From an uncultured Chromatiales bacterium (GTDB lineage Bacteria; Pseudomonadota; Gammaproteobacteria; Poriferisulfidales; Oxydemutatoraceae): a stretch of DNA of 64,000 nucleotides. The stretch covers positions 61,559-125,558 of the forward strand of contig CAYFZO010000001.1 of the NCBI GenBank assembly GCA_964347615.1. The letters run 5' to 3'. Shown in pieces: positions 22,064-31,330 of this stretch; the first letter of the stretch is position 1; every line of letters begins with the position of its first letter. The position numbers were made by a program, and so were the translations under genes. The notes beneath the pieces were generated by a model. That model was not told where the DNA came from and made no database searches. It saw only the letters and a program-made list of their open reading frames with translations.

Positions 22064-22567
22064 TTACGGATCGATCAGAATCGGCGTACCGTCGGCAACC
22101 AGACGCCAGACTTCCTCCATGTCACGGTTGCTCAACGCGATGCAACCCTCGGTCCAGTCTTCCCCCGGCAACCGACCCGCTGCTCCGTGCCCGGTTCCGT
22201 GAATCATGACGTTGTCGCCGGGGTCGGAGTTTCTGCGTTGTGCGCGGAGAACGTCGTTCCGGTTCGGATATGAAATATGCAAGGACAGGTGAAACCTGCT
22301 GTTCGGGTTGCGCCAATCAATCAGGTACAGCCCCTCGGGCGTACGCGAATCCCCCACAACCGACTTATGCCCTTGCGGGCTCTTGCCGAGCGCAACCGGA
22401 TAGCTTCGGATGATCCGATAATCCTGCAAAAGATACAACTTGCGCTCGGACTTGTGCACCCAGATCAGGTCCGCCGAGACGTCCGCAAACGAAGCCTGCG
22501 CAAACAACGCCTGCAGGCAAAACACGACAAACGGCGCCGACGCCGAGACGCAGGTACGCTTCAACAA
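22064..22567 (-). CDS. YafK-like L,D-transpeptidase (YkuD domain)
   Basis: DSRTPEGLYLI, HLSLHISYPN and MIHG...DWTEGCIALSNRDMEEVW motifs. TTG at 22567 has GGAGAG 5 nt upstream and gives a Sec-like signal (LKRTCVSASAPFVVFCLQALFAQASFA). The track ORF extends to 22753. Confidence 0.75.
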   Translation of the reverse strand: MLKRTCVSASAPFVVFCLQALFAQASFADVSADLIWVHKSERKLYLLQDYRIIRSYPVALGKSPQGHKSVVGDSRTPEGLYLIDWRNPNSRFHLSLHISYPNRNDVLRAQRRNSDPGDNVMIHGTGHGAAGRLPGEDWTEGCIALSNRDMEEVWRLVADGTPILIDP

Positions 22568-22656
22568 GAAATCTCTCCGCGTGAGTGCGACGGGCGTCTC
22601 ATGATTTATAATCGGTGCAAGAGCAACGTAAAGCCTGATAGTATTATATTTCGCCG

Positions 22657-24066
22657 ATGCGATACAAACCGATACAGCTTCTGGTTGCCGTTTGCGCCTG
22701 TTCATGGTTCGGCGCCCTCGCCGGGTGCGCAACGACCGCCGTGCAGTCCTCAAACGACGCCGGGCCGGAAAGCGGTTTCGAAACCAACGAGCACGGCGTT
22801 ACCGAGTTCACGCTCGACAACGGGATGAAGGTGATCGTCAAGGAAGACCACCGTGCGCCGATGTCCGTCGTGCAGATATGGTATCGCATCGGATCAAACG
22901 ACGAACCCAACGGCCTTACCGGCATATCTCACGCGCTTGAACACATGATGTTCAAGGGGACTTCCGCCTACCCGGCCGAAAAATTGACCCAAACAATCAA
23001 GCGCGAAGGAGGGCGCTACAACGCGTTCACCGGCACCGACTACACCGCATACTACGAGATCTTTGAAAAAAGTCGGATGCCGATCAGCTTTCAAATCGAG
23101 TCCGACCGCATGGTCAATCTGGTAATGCGCGAGGAAGACTTTGAAAAGGAAATCGAAGTCGTCAAGGAGGAAAGGCGCCTGCGCACCGAAGACAAACCGA
23201 AAAGCCGCTTGTATGAACAACTGTACGCCGCCGCGTTCAACAGCTCGCCGAACCGGCAGCCGGTTATCGGATGGATGGACGACCTGAACAATATGACGCT
23301 CGACGACCTGAAAATCTGGTACCGCCGTTGGTACGCGCCGAACAACGCGCTGCTGATGGTGGCGGGCGACGTGACTCCGGAACAAGTCCATCAACTTGCG
23401 ACGCGCTACATGGCGCCGCTCAAACCGGCGCCCCTGCCCGAGCGCAAGCCAAAGCGTGAACCGGCCCAGCACGGCGAAAAACGGGTCACGGTCAAACTGC
23501 CCGCCGAACGGCCGTATCTCGTGATGGGATACCGCGCGCCGTCGGCGGGACAAGCCGACCAAGCTTGGGAGCCTTATGCATTGACGGTGCTGCGCTCGGT
23601 GTTGTCGGGCGGCGGTGACGCACGGTTCGCAAAGCACTTGGTCCGCGGCAAGAAAATAGCCCAGCACGCGAGAGCAGCTTACAGTCTGTACAGCCGCTAC
23701 GATGATCTTTTCACGATTTCCGCCGAACCGGTCAAGGACGTCGACGTTGCGGCGCTTGAGGCGGCCATCGAAGAAGAAATAGAACGGATCAAACTCGAAG
23801 GAGTCAGCACCGAGGAGCTCGAACGCGTCAGAGCCAAAGTGTATTCCGGGGAAATCTACGGCCGCGACTCGGTAACCCGGCAAGCCTATACGCTTGCCGC
23901 GCTCGAAACCATCGGCGTCGGATGGGAGGCGGCTTATGAGTTTGTCGACCGCATAAAGGAAGTGACGCCGGAACAGGTGCAGGCGGTTGCGAAAAAATAC
24001 TTGGTCAGGGACCAGCGAACGGTTGCGGTGCTCGACCCTCAACCCATCGCGCAACGGCCCAAGTGA
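22657..24066 (+). CDS. M16 family zinc peptidase (pitrilysin-like), lipoprotein signal
   Basis: HALEHMMFKGT (HxxEH) motif and an N-terminal lipobox ALAGC. Confidence 0.88.
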   Translation: MRYKPIQLLVAVCACSWFGALAGCATTAVQSSNDAGPESGFETNEHGVTEFTLDNGMKVIVKEDHRAPMSVVQIWYRIGSNDEPNGLTGISHALEHMMFKGTSAYPAEKLTQTIKREGGRYNAFTGTDYTAYYEIFEKSRMPISFQIESDRMVNLVMREEDFEKEIEVVKEERRLRTEDKPKSRLYEQLYAAAFNSSPNRQPVIGWMDDLNNMTLDDLKIWYRRWYAPNNALLMVAGDVTPEQVHQLATRYMAPLKPAPLPERKPKREPAQHGEKRVTVKLPAERPYLVMGYRAPSAGQADQAWEPYALTVLRSVLSGGGDARFAKHLVRGKKIAQHARAAYSLYSRYDDLFTISAEPVKDVDVAALEAAIEEEIERIKLEGVSTEELERVRAKVYSGEIYGRDSVTRQAYTLAALETIGVGWEAAYEFVDRIKEVTPEQVQAVAKKYLVRDQRTVAVLDPQPIAQRPK

Positions 24067-25397
24067 TTATCCTGCGCAAGGCGGCGTGCCGCTTTACTCT
24101 GTGTGCCGCCGTCGCGTGTTGCACGGCGACGGCGCAACCGGCGACCGCCCGTCCGCAAATCCAACATTGGACCAATACGGACGGGGCGCCCGTTTACTTC
24201 GTGCACGTATCCGAGCTGCCGATGGTCGACGTCCGGTTGAGCTTCACCCGCTCGGGACACGCGTACGAAGGGGAAAAATACGGACTCGCTTCGATGACCG
24301 CGAGCATGCTGCGCCAAGGCGCCGCCGGCATGGACGCCGACCGGATCGCGGAAACCTTCAGCGGCCTCGGTGCACGCGCCGGCGCCGGCGCCGGAGCACA
24401 CGTTTCACAAGTCAATCTGCGCAGCTTGACCGAACCGCGATACTTTGAAAAAGCGTTGGAGACCTGGATCAAAGTTTTTTCCTCACCCGACTTCCCCGAG
24501 GAACAGTTCGAACGGCGGCGCAAAAACGTGTTGACCTCGATCGAGGGACGGCGTCAGAATCCCGGCGCCGTCGCCAATGAAGCTTTCAGGGAGGCACTGT
24601 ACGGAGATCATCCGTACGGACACCCGGGGTCGGGCACCGAAGAAACCGTCACCGCGCTGACTCTCGCCGATTTGCGACGCTTTCATGAAAAACACTACGT
24701 CGTCTCCAACGCAATTATCACGATAGTCGGTGCGGTCACGCGCGAACAAGCGGCCGAGATCGCCGACCGGATCACCGACGTGCTTGAAACCGGCGAACGA
24801 GCCGAAGCAATCCCGCCGGTGCCGCCGTTGGAAAAGGCGGTGACCATACGGATCCCGTTCCCTTCCGAACAAGCCCACGTAAAAATAGGCCAGCCCCTCG
24901 TCAACGCCTTGCACCCTGACCTCTACGCGTTGCGCCTCGGCAACGACGTATTCGGCGCCACCGGTTTCGGCTCGCGCCTGCTTGAGGAAATTCGCGTCAA
25001 ACGCGGGCTCGCGTACAGCGCCCACAGCGGTATCTCGGCCCGGGTCGCCGGCGGCGCGTTCTCCATGTCCTTCCAGACCCGCTTGGACCAAGCGGACCAC
25101 GCCGTCTCCACCGCGCGTGAATTGCTGAACGAATTCGTCGCCTCGGGCCCCACCGAGGAAGAAGTCTCACTGGCGCTCGACCGCATCCGAGGCGGCGTCG
25201 TGTTCAGGACGAACAGCAACGGCCGAATCCTGTCGACGGTCAGCGACGTCGCTTTTTACAAACGCAAACTGGATTATCTGTACAACTACGTCAAAGAGTA
25301 CGAGAAGGAAAATCGAGAGTCCGTAACCGCCGCCTATCAGAAACACGTACAACCCGACAAAATGGTTACCGTCATTGTCGGAGGCCCGGCCGAATAG
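24063..25397 (+). CDS. M16 family peptidase, non-catalytic partner subunit
   Basis: Same fold pattern as the upstream gene but with no HxxEH motif. The GTG start overlaps the upstream stop (GTGA). Confidence 0.8.
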   Translation: MIILRKAACRFTLCAAVACCTATAQPATARPQIQHWTNTDGAPVYFVHVSELPMVDVRLSFTRSGHAYEGEKYGLASMTASMLRQGAAGMDADRIAETFSGLGARAGAGAGAHVSQVNLRSLTEPRYFEKALETWIKVFSSPDFPEEQFERRRKNVLTSIEGRRQNPGAVANEAFREALYGDHPYGHPGSGTEETVTALTLADLRRFHEKHYVVSNAIITIVGAVTREQAAEIADRITDVLETGERAEAIPPVPPLEKAVTIRIPFPSEQAHVKIGQPLVNALHPDLYALRLGNDVFGATGFGSRLLEEIRVKRGLAYSAHSGISARVAGGAFSMSFQTRLDQADHAVSTARELLNEFVASGPTEEEVSLALDRIRGGVVFRTNSNGRILSTVSDVAFYKRKLDYLYNYVKEYEKENRESVTAAYQKHVQPDKMVTVIVGGPAE

Positions 25398-25414
25398 CGC
25401 CTCGATCGCCGCTC

Positions 25415-26023
25415 TTGAACCGTCGCGCCAAACCCGATCCGCGCCCGAACCTGCGCATCGTCGCGGGCCTGTGGAAAGGCCGCAATCTCGAATTTCTGGA
25501 CCTGCCCGGCGTCCGCCCCACCCCGAACCGCGTGCGTGAAACGCTGTTCAACTGGCTCGCCCCGTACATCGAAGGCGCAACTTGCCTGGACCTGTTCGCC
25601 GGCAGCGGCGCGCTCGGTTTTGAAGCGGTCTCGCGCGGTGCGGCATCGGCGACCCTGGTCGAGAACGACCGGCGGATTTGCAGACAAATCGAGAACGAGA
25701 TCCTGCGCTTCGGCAGCGAAACGATACACGTGGTTGCGGCTGAGGCGCAGCGTTTCGTGAAAGAAGCGAGCGCCGCGTACGACGTCGTCTTTCTCGACCC
25801 GCCGTTCGGCAACGGTCTCGCGCAAAAGACGTTGACCGCGCTTGCGGAAAACAGCCGGATTCTGCAACCGGCGTCCTTGATTTACGTCGAGTGGGAATCC
25901 GAAACCGAGATTGCGCCGCCGCCCGGGCTGCACTGGTTGCGCCGGGCGCAAGCGGCGGAAGTGCAATACGCGCTGCTTGGCAACGGGACAAACGCCGCAG
26001 GTCCGAACCCGACGTCAAGCTGA
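25415..26023 (+). CDS. rsmD: 16S rRNA (guanine966-N2)-methyltransferase
   Basis: LRIVAGLWKGRNL, VRPTPNRVRETLFNWL and DVVFLDPPF motifs. TTG start. Confidence 0.88.
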   Translation: MNRRAKPDPRPNLRIVAGLWKGRNLEFLDLPGVRPTPNRVRETLFNWLAPYIEGATCLDLFAGSGALGFEAVSRGAASATLVENDRRICRQIENEILRFGSETIHVVAAEAQRFVKEASAAYDVVFLDPPFGNGLAQKTLTALAENSRILQPASLIYVEWESETEIAPPPGLHWLRRAQAAEVQYALLGNGTNAAGPNPTSS

Positions 26024-26061
26024 ACGCTCGGCTATAATCCCCGGCAAAGATCTTCGCGACC

Positions 26062-26565
26062 ATGAAAATCACCGCCGTTTATCCCGGAACTTTCGATCCG
26101 ATCACCAACGGTCACATAGACCTCGCGCGACGCGCGGCGACCTTGTTCGGTCGGATCGTCATCGGTGTCGCCGACGATGGAAAAGAAACCCATCTGCTCG
26201 ACGCGGAAACACGAGTGAACCTCGCCAGAGTAACGTTCGCAGACGATCGAAACATCGAAGTCATGGGCTTCGGCGGGTTGCTGGTTGATTTTGCAAAACG
26301 GCACGACGCACGGGTGATACTGCGCGGACTGCGCGCGACGTCCGACTTCGAATACGAATTCCGCCTGGCGGGCATGAACCGCCAGCTCGACGAGAGCCTG
26401 GAGTCCGTGTTTCTGACCCCCGCCGACGAGTTCACTTTCATCTCTTCGAGCCTGATTCGTGAAATCGCCCTGCTCGGGGGAGACATCTCAAGCTTCGTGC
26501 CCGCCGTCGTCGCGGACGCCGTTGAGCGTCAATGCAAAAAGCTGAGGGAAAAGCGGAAGAAGTGA
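26062..26565 (+). CDS. coaD: phosphopantetheine adenylyltransferase
   Basis: AVYPGTFDPITNGHIDL motif. 167 aa. Confidence 0.95.
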   Translation: MKITAVYPGTFDPITNGHIDLARRAATLFGRIVIGVADDGKETHLLDAETRVNLARVTFADDRNIEVMGFGGLLVDFAKRHDARVILRGLRATSDFEYEFRLAGMNRQLDESLESVFLTPADEFTFISSSLIREIALLGGDISSFVPAVVADAVERQCKKLREKRKK

Positions 26566-26653
26566 TTGCAACCCGCGCCGCTTCGGAGCACGTTGCAAGT
26601 CCGCCGAAAACCCGTTCCTTGAATGAGACCGCGCCGCCCGAGACAACCGGAGA

Positions 26654-28327
26654 ATGAAAGCAATTTCGGTCTTCAGAAAGGCGTGCTTGCCGGGCTTCAT
26701 CCTCTTTGCGGTGTGCACGGCGCAAGCCGCGCCGGGTAAATACGCGATTGCGACCGCGCATCCCCTGGCCACCGAAGCCGGCGGAAAGATCCTCGACGCG
26801 GGCGGTAACGCTTTTGACGCCGCGGTTGCAATCGCTGCCACGCTCGCGGTGGTCGAACCTTATTCCTCGGGCCTCGGAGGCGGCGGATTCTGGCTTTTGC
26901 ATCGTGCCGAAGACGGCAAGGAAATCATGCTCGACGGGCGCGAACGTGCGCCCCTCAACGCCCATCGCGACATGTTTCTTGACGAAAACGGCGACGTCGC
27001 GGCAAGGCGTTCCGTTGACGGTGCGCTCGCCGCGGGCGTTCCGGGCCTGCCCGCCGCGCTCGTCTATCTGTCGAAGCATTACGGCCGGTTGTCTCTTGCG
27101 GCAAGCTTGGCACCCGCAATCGAGAACGCGACGCGAGGGTTCGCGGCGGACGAAAAATTCATCCGCCTGCTGCGCAGACGTCTCGACGCGGTCCGCGCGT
27201 CGCCCGCGTCGGCGGACGTCTTCCTGGTCGACGGGGACGTTCCGAAGCCCGGACGACCGATTCGGCAACCCGAACTCGCTGAAGTCCTGCGCCGGATCGC
27301 CATCCAAGGCAAAGACGGTTTTTACCGCGGTGAAACCGCCGAAAAACTCGTCGCCGGCGTTACAGCGGCGGGCGGCGTCTGGCAGCCGCGGGACTTGGCC
27401 GAGTACCAAGTCGCGATAAGAGAGCCCGTGCGTTTCTCCTACCGCGGCGCCCGCTTTACCAGTGCCGCCCCGCCGTCGTCCGGCGGCGTCGTAATGGCCG
27501 AGATATTCAATATCCTCTCTCACTTCGACCTCTCCGAAGCGAGTCAAGCCGAAAGGATTCATCTCGCGATCGAGGCAATGCGCCTTGCCTACCGCGACCG
27601 TGCACGGCACCTCGGCGATCCCGATTTCGTGAGGATGCCGACCGAGAAATTGACCAGTGTGCGATACGCCGCACGCTTGGCGAAGACAATCAGCAAAACG
27701 CGCGCCGCAACGAGCGACGCGCCGCTCACCGACAACGAAGCCGAAGGTGAAAACACCACGCATTACTCGATCATGGACGCCGAAGGCAACCGAGTCGCCG
27801 CGACGTTGTCGATCAATTACGCGTTCGGATCGGGACTTACCGTCCCCGGCACCGGTGTTTTGCTGAACAATGAAATGGACGATTTCGTCTCGAAACCCGG
27901 TGTGCCGAACCTGTACGGCTTGGTCGGCGGCAAAGCCAACGCGATCGAGCCGGGCAAACGCATGCTTTCAAGCATGTCGCCGACTTTCATCGACGACGGA
28001 CGACGCCTTGCCGTCCTCGGCACGCCGGGCGGCAGCCGCATCATCACCATGGTGACGCTTGCGGCGCTCGAATTCCTGAGCGGCGCCGGCGGTGAAACAA
28101 TCGTCTCAAAGAAACGCTTTCATCATCAATATCTGCCGAACGTCGTCCAGTTCGAACCGCGGGCTTTCAGCGACGGCGTGCAGAAAAAGCTGGAAAGGAT
28201 GGGGCACCGCCTGAAACCGCTTAAGAACGACTACGGCAATATGCAGATCGTAATCTGGGACCGCGAAAAAAACGCGTTGAGCGCGGCTTCCGACCCGCGC
28301 GGTCTCGGTTCAACGCGCGTTCAATGA
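26654..28327 (+). CDS. ggt: gamma-glutamyltransferase
   Basis: Signal peptide, the autoprocessing context TTHYSIMDAEGN, and GTPGGSRII. Confidence 0.92.
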   Translation: MKAISVFRKACLPGFILFAVCTAQAAPGKYAIATAHPLATEAGGKILDAGGNAFDAAVAIAATLAVVEPYSSGLGGGGFWLLHRAEDGKEIMLDGRERAPLNAHRDMFLDENGDVAARRSVDGALAAGVPGLPAALVYLSKHYGRLSLAASLAPAIENATRGFAADEKFIRLLRRRLDAVRASPASADVFLVDGDVPKPGRPIRQPELAEVLRRIAIQGKDGFYRGETAEKLVAGVTAAGGVWQPRDLAEYQVAIREPVRFSYRGARFTSAAPPSSGGVVMAEIFNILSHFDLSEASQAERIHLAIEAMRLAYRDRARHLGDPDFVRMPTEKLTSVRYAARLAKTISKTRAATSDAPLTDNEAEGENTTHYSIMDAEGNRVAATLSINYAFGSGLTVPGTGVLLNNEMDDFVSKPGVPNLYGLVGGKANAIEPGKRMLSSMSPTFIDDGRRLAVLGTPGGSRIITMVTLAALEFLSGAGGETIVSKKRFHHQYLPNVVQFEPRAFSDGVQKKLERMGHRLKPLKNDYGNMQIVIWDREKNALSAASDPRGLGSTRVQ

Positions 28328-28440
28328 GGGAACCATGTACGAAAGTTGACGTCGACTCGTGTACCGATTTGACGCCTCATGCCGACTGACGTCGCCGCGT
28401 CCACGTCCAGCGGCCCCGTTCCCGCGGGTCCAAGACGTTC
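28328..28440 (+). repeat. intergenic repeat family, copy C
   Basis: gggaaccatgtacgaaagttgacgtcgactcgtgtaccgatttgacgcctcatgccgactgacgtcgccgcgtccacgtccagcggccccgttcccgcggg. It fills the gap between the convergent ggt and ydcF-like genes. Confidence 0.7.
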
Positions 28441-28460
28441 GATGCAGCAGTATGCCCGGT

Positions 28461-29261
28461 TCAAGGCGCCGGAAACAATTCGTCCGTCTTGCCGGTCAAA
28501 AAATAAGCGAGCAAGCCGATCCATTCTTTAATTGCCGGATCGAACGCCAGCATCCTGTAAATGGAAAACGCTCTCGGAGAGAAATCGTAATCCCCGGTGG
28601 TACTGAAATCCACGGGCACCGCCACCACGTCCCATCCGAAGTGCCGAAACACGCCGACGCTTCTCGGTACATGTGCCGCCGAAGTTACAAGCAACCAGAC
28701 TTCATCCGGCTCAGGTTGCGCAAGGCGTTTCGTGTAAAGCGCGTTTTGGTACGTGTTGCGCGCGCGCACCTCAAAGTGAACGCGCTTGAGATCCGCGCCC
28801 TGTAATTCAAGAAACTTGCGTGCACGCACGTCGGCACCATGCTCATCCCGTATCAGAGAGCCCGAGTGGCCGGTGAAAAAGACTTCGGCCTCCGAAAATC
28901 GGCGCATCAGCTCGAGAGCCGCGGACAACCTGTGGACGTCGACGTCCGGGCCAGGAACCACGCGCGAGTTGGCGACGGGAGAACGGTGCGAACCGGCGAG
29001 CACGACGATGCCGTCGACGCGGGCGGGCAATTCATGCAAGACGGGAAAGCGATTTTCGAGGACCGTACGAAGCCACGTGGATACCGGCAAGGTGCCCAGC
29101 ACGAACGCGACAAGCAACACGCCGACTATCAGCAGCCGACCGACCTTCAAAAACTTCGTCCACAAAAGCGCAACCCCGATAACCAGCAGCCACGACAAGG
29201 CAACGCTGGGCCGGAATACAAGCCAAAATATCTTGGAGGACAGGAAAAAAAGCTCGTCCAC
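28461..29261 (-). CDS. YdcF/ElyC family (DUF218) membrane protein
   Basis: N-terminal TM helices, then a DUF218-like block (IVVLAGS..., VFFTGHSG, WLLVTSAAHVPRS). GTG at 29261 lies 3 nt after the mutM stop. The track ORF would overlap mutM by more than 200 nt. Confidence 0.7.
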   Translation of the reverse strand: MDELFFLSSKIFWLVFRPSVALSWLLVIGVALLWTKFLKVGRLLIVGVLLVAFVLGTLPVSTWLRTVLENRFPVLHELPARVDGIVVLAGSHRSPVANSRVVPGPDVDVHRLSAALELMRRFSEAEVFFTGHSGSLIRDEHGADVRARKFLELQGADLKRVHFEVRARNTYQNALYTKRLAQPEPDEVWLLVTSAAHVPRSVGVFRHFGWDVVAVPVDFSTTGDYDFSPRAFSIYRMLAFDPAIKEWIGLLAYFLTGKTDELFPAP

Positions 29262-29266
29262 GGCGG

Positions 29267-30094
29267 CTATCTTTGGCAACCGGTGCAATAAAAAGACGCA
29301 CGTTGCCCAATCACGCGGGACCTGATTCTGCCCGCACACCTCGGGCAGGACAAGCCGCTGCGCCCGTAAACTTTCAACGAGAACTGAAAATAGCCCGGCC
29401 GACCGTCTTCCCGTACGAAATCTTTCAGCGTCGTTCCCCCTTTCTTGATCGCCCGGTTCAACACCTTGCGGACGGCGCAAGCAAGCGCGTCATAACGAGA
29501 CGCCGCAACCCGCCCCGCGCGCCGTGCAGGATGGATACCCGCAAGAAACAGTGCTTCGTTGGCGTAAATGTTGCCGACGCCGGCGACCGTTTTCGAATCC
29601 ATGATGAATTGCTTCACCGATGTAACGCGACCGCGTGATTTCCGGTGAAGATAAGCGCCGTCGAACGTCTCACTCAGCGGCTCGGGCCCCAGAGACGCCA
29701 GCAAGGCGTGGCGCAGCGGGTCGCGTTTCGTCCACAACACGACGCCGAACCTGCGCGGGTCCCTGAAACGCAGCACCCGTCGGTTGACTCCGCTTTGATC
29801 GAACACCAAATCAAAATGATCGTGCGGCGAAGGCGGCGCGGCGGCGGAAACAACGCGCAAGCTGCCCGACATGCCGAGATGCATGATCACCGCCCCGTCG
29901 CCGACGTGGATCAACAAGTATTTGCCGCGACGGGACAAGCGTTCGACCGTCCGCCCGGCGACTTTCTTGTCGATGCCGGGCGTTATCGGACGGCGCAGCA
30001 TCTTCTTCCGGACCACGGCACCGCGGATGCGCCGTCCGACGAGATGAGGTTCGACGCCGCGGCGCGTGGTTTCAACTTCCGGTAATTCAGGCAC
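29267..30094 (-). CDS. mutM: formamidopyrimidine-DNA glycosylase
   Basis: MPELPEVETTRRG N-terminus and C-terminal zinc finger CPRC...CTGCQ. Confidence 0.95.
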   Translation of the reverse strand: MPELPEVETTRRGVEPHLVGRRIRGAVVRKKMLRRPITPGIDKKVAGRTVERLSRRGKYLLIHVGDGAVIMHLGMSGSLRVVSAAAPPSPHDHFDLVFDQSGVNRRVLRFRDPRRFGVVLWTKRDPLRHALLASLGPEPLSETFDGAYLHRKSRGRVTSVKQFIMDSKTVAGVGNIYANEALFLAGIHPARRAGRVAASRYDALACAVRKVLNRAIKKGGTTLKDFVREDGRPGYFQFSLKVYGRSGLSCPRCAGRIRSRVIGQRASFYCTGCQR

Positions 30095-30104
30095 GACCGA
30101 AGAA

Positions 30105-31040
30105 TCAGATAATCAATGCTTCGATTTCGACGCACAAATCACGGCGGCAGATTTCTGCTTCGAACCAAGCGGTCGAGCCGACCGAGAATCTCGACGCGGC
30201 GAGCGCCGCGCGCACCTTGTCGACGTCGGCGGGGTCCGTGACGTACAGCTTCAAGCGGCTCAGGCGCTCAACCTCCCTGAAGTACGGCGTTGCATCAAGC
30301 AATTCCCTTAGATTAAGCAGTGCTTCACTCAGTTGCGCCGCCGCGTCGTCCGGATGACGTGATTCATGACCGACGATGCTCGCCGTGCCGGAGCCGTAGA
30401 AATGTATCCTGTCGCCCCAGGTCTTGTATACCGCGCGGGCAAACAACGGGCGTTCCCGCAACGACGACGAAGGATAACGCCAAGCGCTGACCTGACGCGG
30501 GTTCTCCACCGCGACTCCCGCCTTACGCGCCGCGAGAAAACACATCACGCCGAAGCAAGCCCGGGTCCCGACAACGGTCGCGGCGCAGTAGCTCCTCCGC
30601 CCCGCCGCTTCAAACGCCGCAAACCGCCCGCGACAGAAGCACCGATAGCGCGACCTCCCCTCCTCTTGCGCGTGCAGGTTCGGAAGGTAGTGCCACGCTC
30701 TCAATAGATGGGCGAACCCCAGCGCGTCGAATACGCGAAACGCGCTTGAATACGCCGCCTGAGTTGCCGCCTCAAGCGGCTCGCCTGCATCGATATACAA
30801 CCAGCCGAAACAAACCTCTCCGTCGTGGGCGTAATGAAAAGACGCGTCGCAACCGCGGACAACCGGCGCGCAGCCTATCCAGTCCTCGGCGGCGGCGGTG
30901 CCGGCAAGAGGGCGCAAGCCGGTGTGTACCACCTCTTCATTCTCAAGGCCTTGCGCAGGCTCGGGCTCAAACGCAACGCGAATCAAGCAAGCTGCGTCGA
31001 AAGCAGCGGTGTGGGTTGTGGGTTTGACGTCAATGGGCAT
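30105..31040 (-). CDS. chorismatase, FkbO/Hyg5/XanB2 family (RidA-like fold)
   Basis: WHYLPNLHAQEEG..RYRCFCRGR, ENPRQVSAWRYP and GSGTASIVGHES match my memory of this family's motifs. Confidence 0.6.
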   Translation of the reverse strand: MPIDVKPTTHTAAFDAACLIRVAFEPEPAQGLENEEVVHTGLRPLAGTAAAEDWIGCAPVVRGCDASFHYAHDGEVCFGWLYIDAGEPLEAATQAAYSSAFRVFDALGFAHLLRAWHYLPNLHAQEEGRSRYRCFCRGRFAAFEAAGRRSYCAATVVGTRACFGVMCFLAARKAGVAVENPRQVSAWRYPSSSLRERPLFARAVYKTWGDRIHFYGSGTASIVGHESRHPDDAAAQLSEALLNLRELLDATPYFREVERLSRLKLYVTDPADVDKVRAALAASRFSVGSTAWFEAEICRRDLCVEIEALII

Positions 31041-31210
31041 CGTAGCGCTTCGAGTACGGGTTCACCCGGCCGGGCATGACTTTTGCCTGCCGAAGACTTG
31101 CCGAATCGGAAAATCAAAAAGCCGATCAGGGGGCCAAGCCCTCCCCCTCGGCAGCCCTCTTTAATGGCGAAAAGCGGCACCGAAACCCGCCGGGCACCGG
31201 CGTACCCCGT

Positions 31211-31240
31211 GCAGATAATAGCGCGGCAGATAATAGCGCG
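31211..31240. repeat. perfect 15-bp direct repeat x2 upstream of rpoH
   Basis: gcagataatagcgcg gcagataatagcgcg, 91-120 nt upstream of the rpoH ATG. Confidence 0.9.
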
Positions 31241-31280
31241 ATACCACGCGGCGGCACGGTCTGCCCGGGGCCGCATGAGT

Positions 31281-31310
31281 TTGGCACTCTCGAGTCTAGA
31301 GTGCTAAAAT
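31281..31310 (+). promoter_or_regulatory. candidate sigma70 promoter of rpoH (TTGGCA-18-TGcTAAAAT)
   Basis: -35 TTGGCA at 31281-31286 and extended -10 TGCTAAAAT at 31302-31310. The spacer contains a 7-bp inverted repeat, gcactct...agagtgc. The SD gagg lies upstream of ATG 31331. Confidence 0.45.
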
Positions 31311-31330
31311 GACCCTTGAGGTAACCGGAA

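Noticed and set aside
31281-31300. TGGCAC upstream of rpoH as a sigma-54 promoter.
   Set aside because: The -12 element is missing: AGTC occupies the position where TTGC should be, 5 nt after TGGCAC. The same bases fit a sigma70 -35 with an extended -10 much better.
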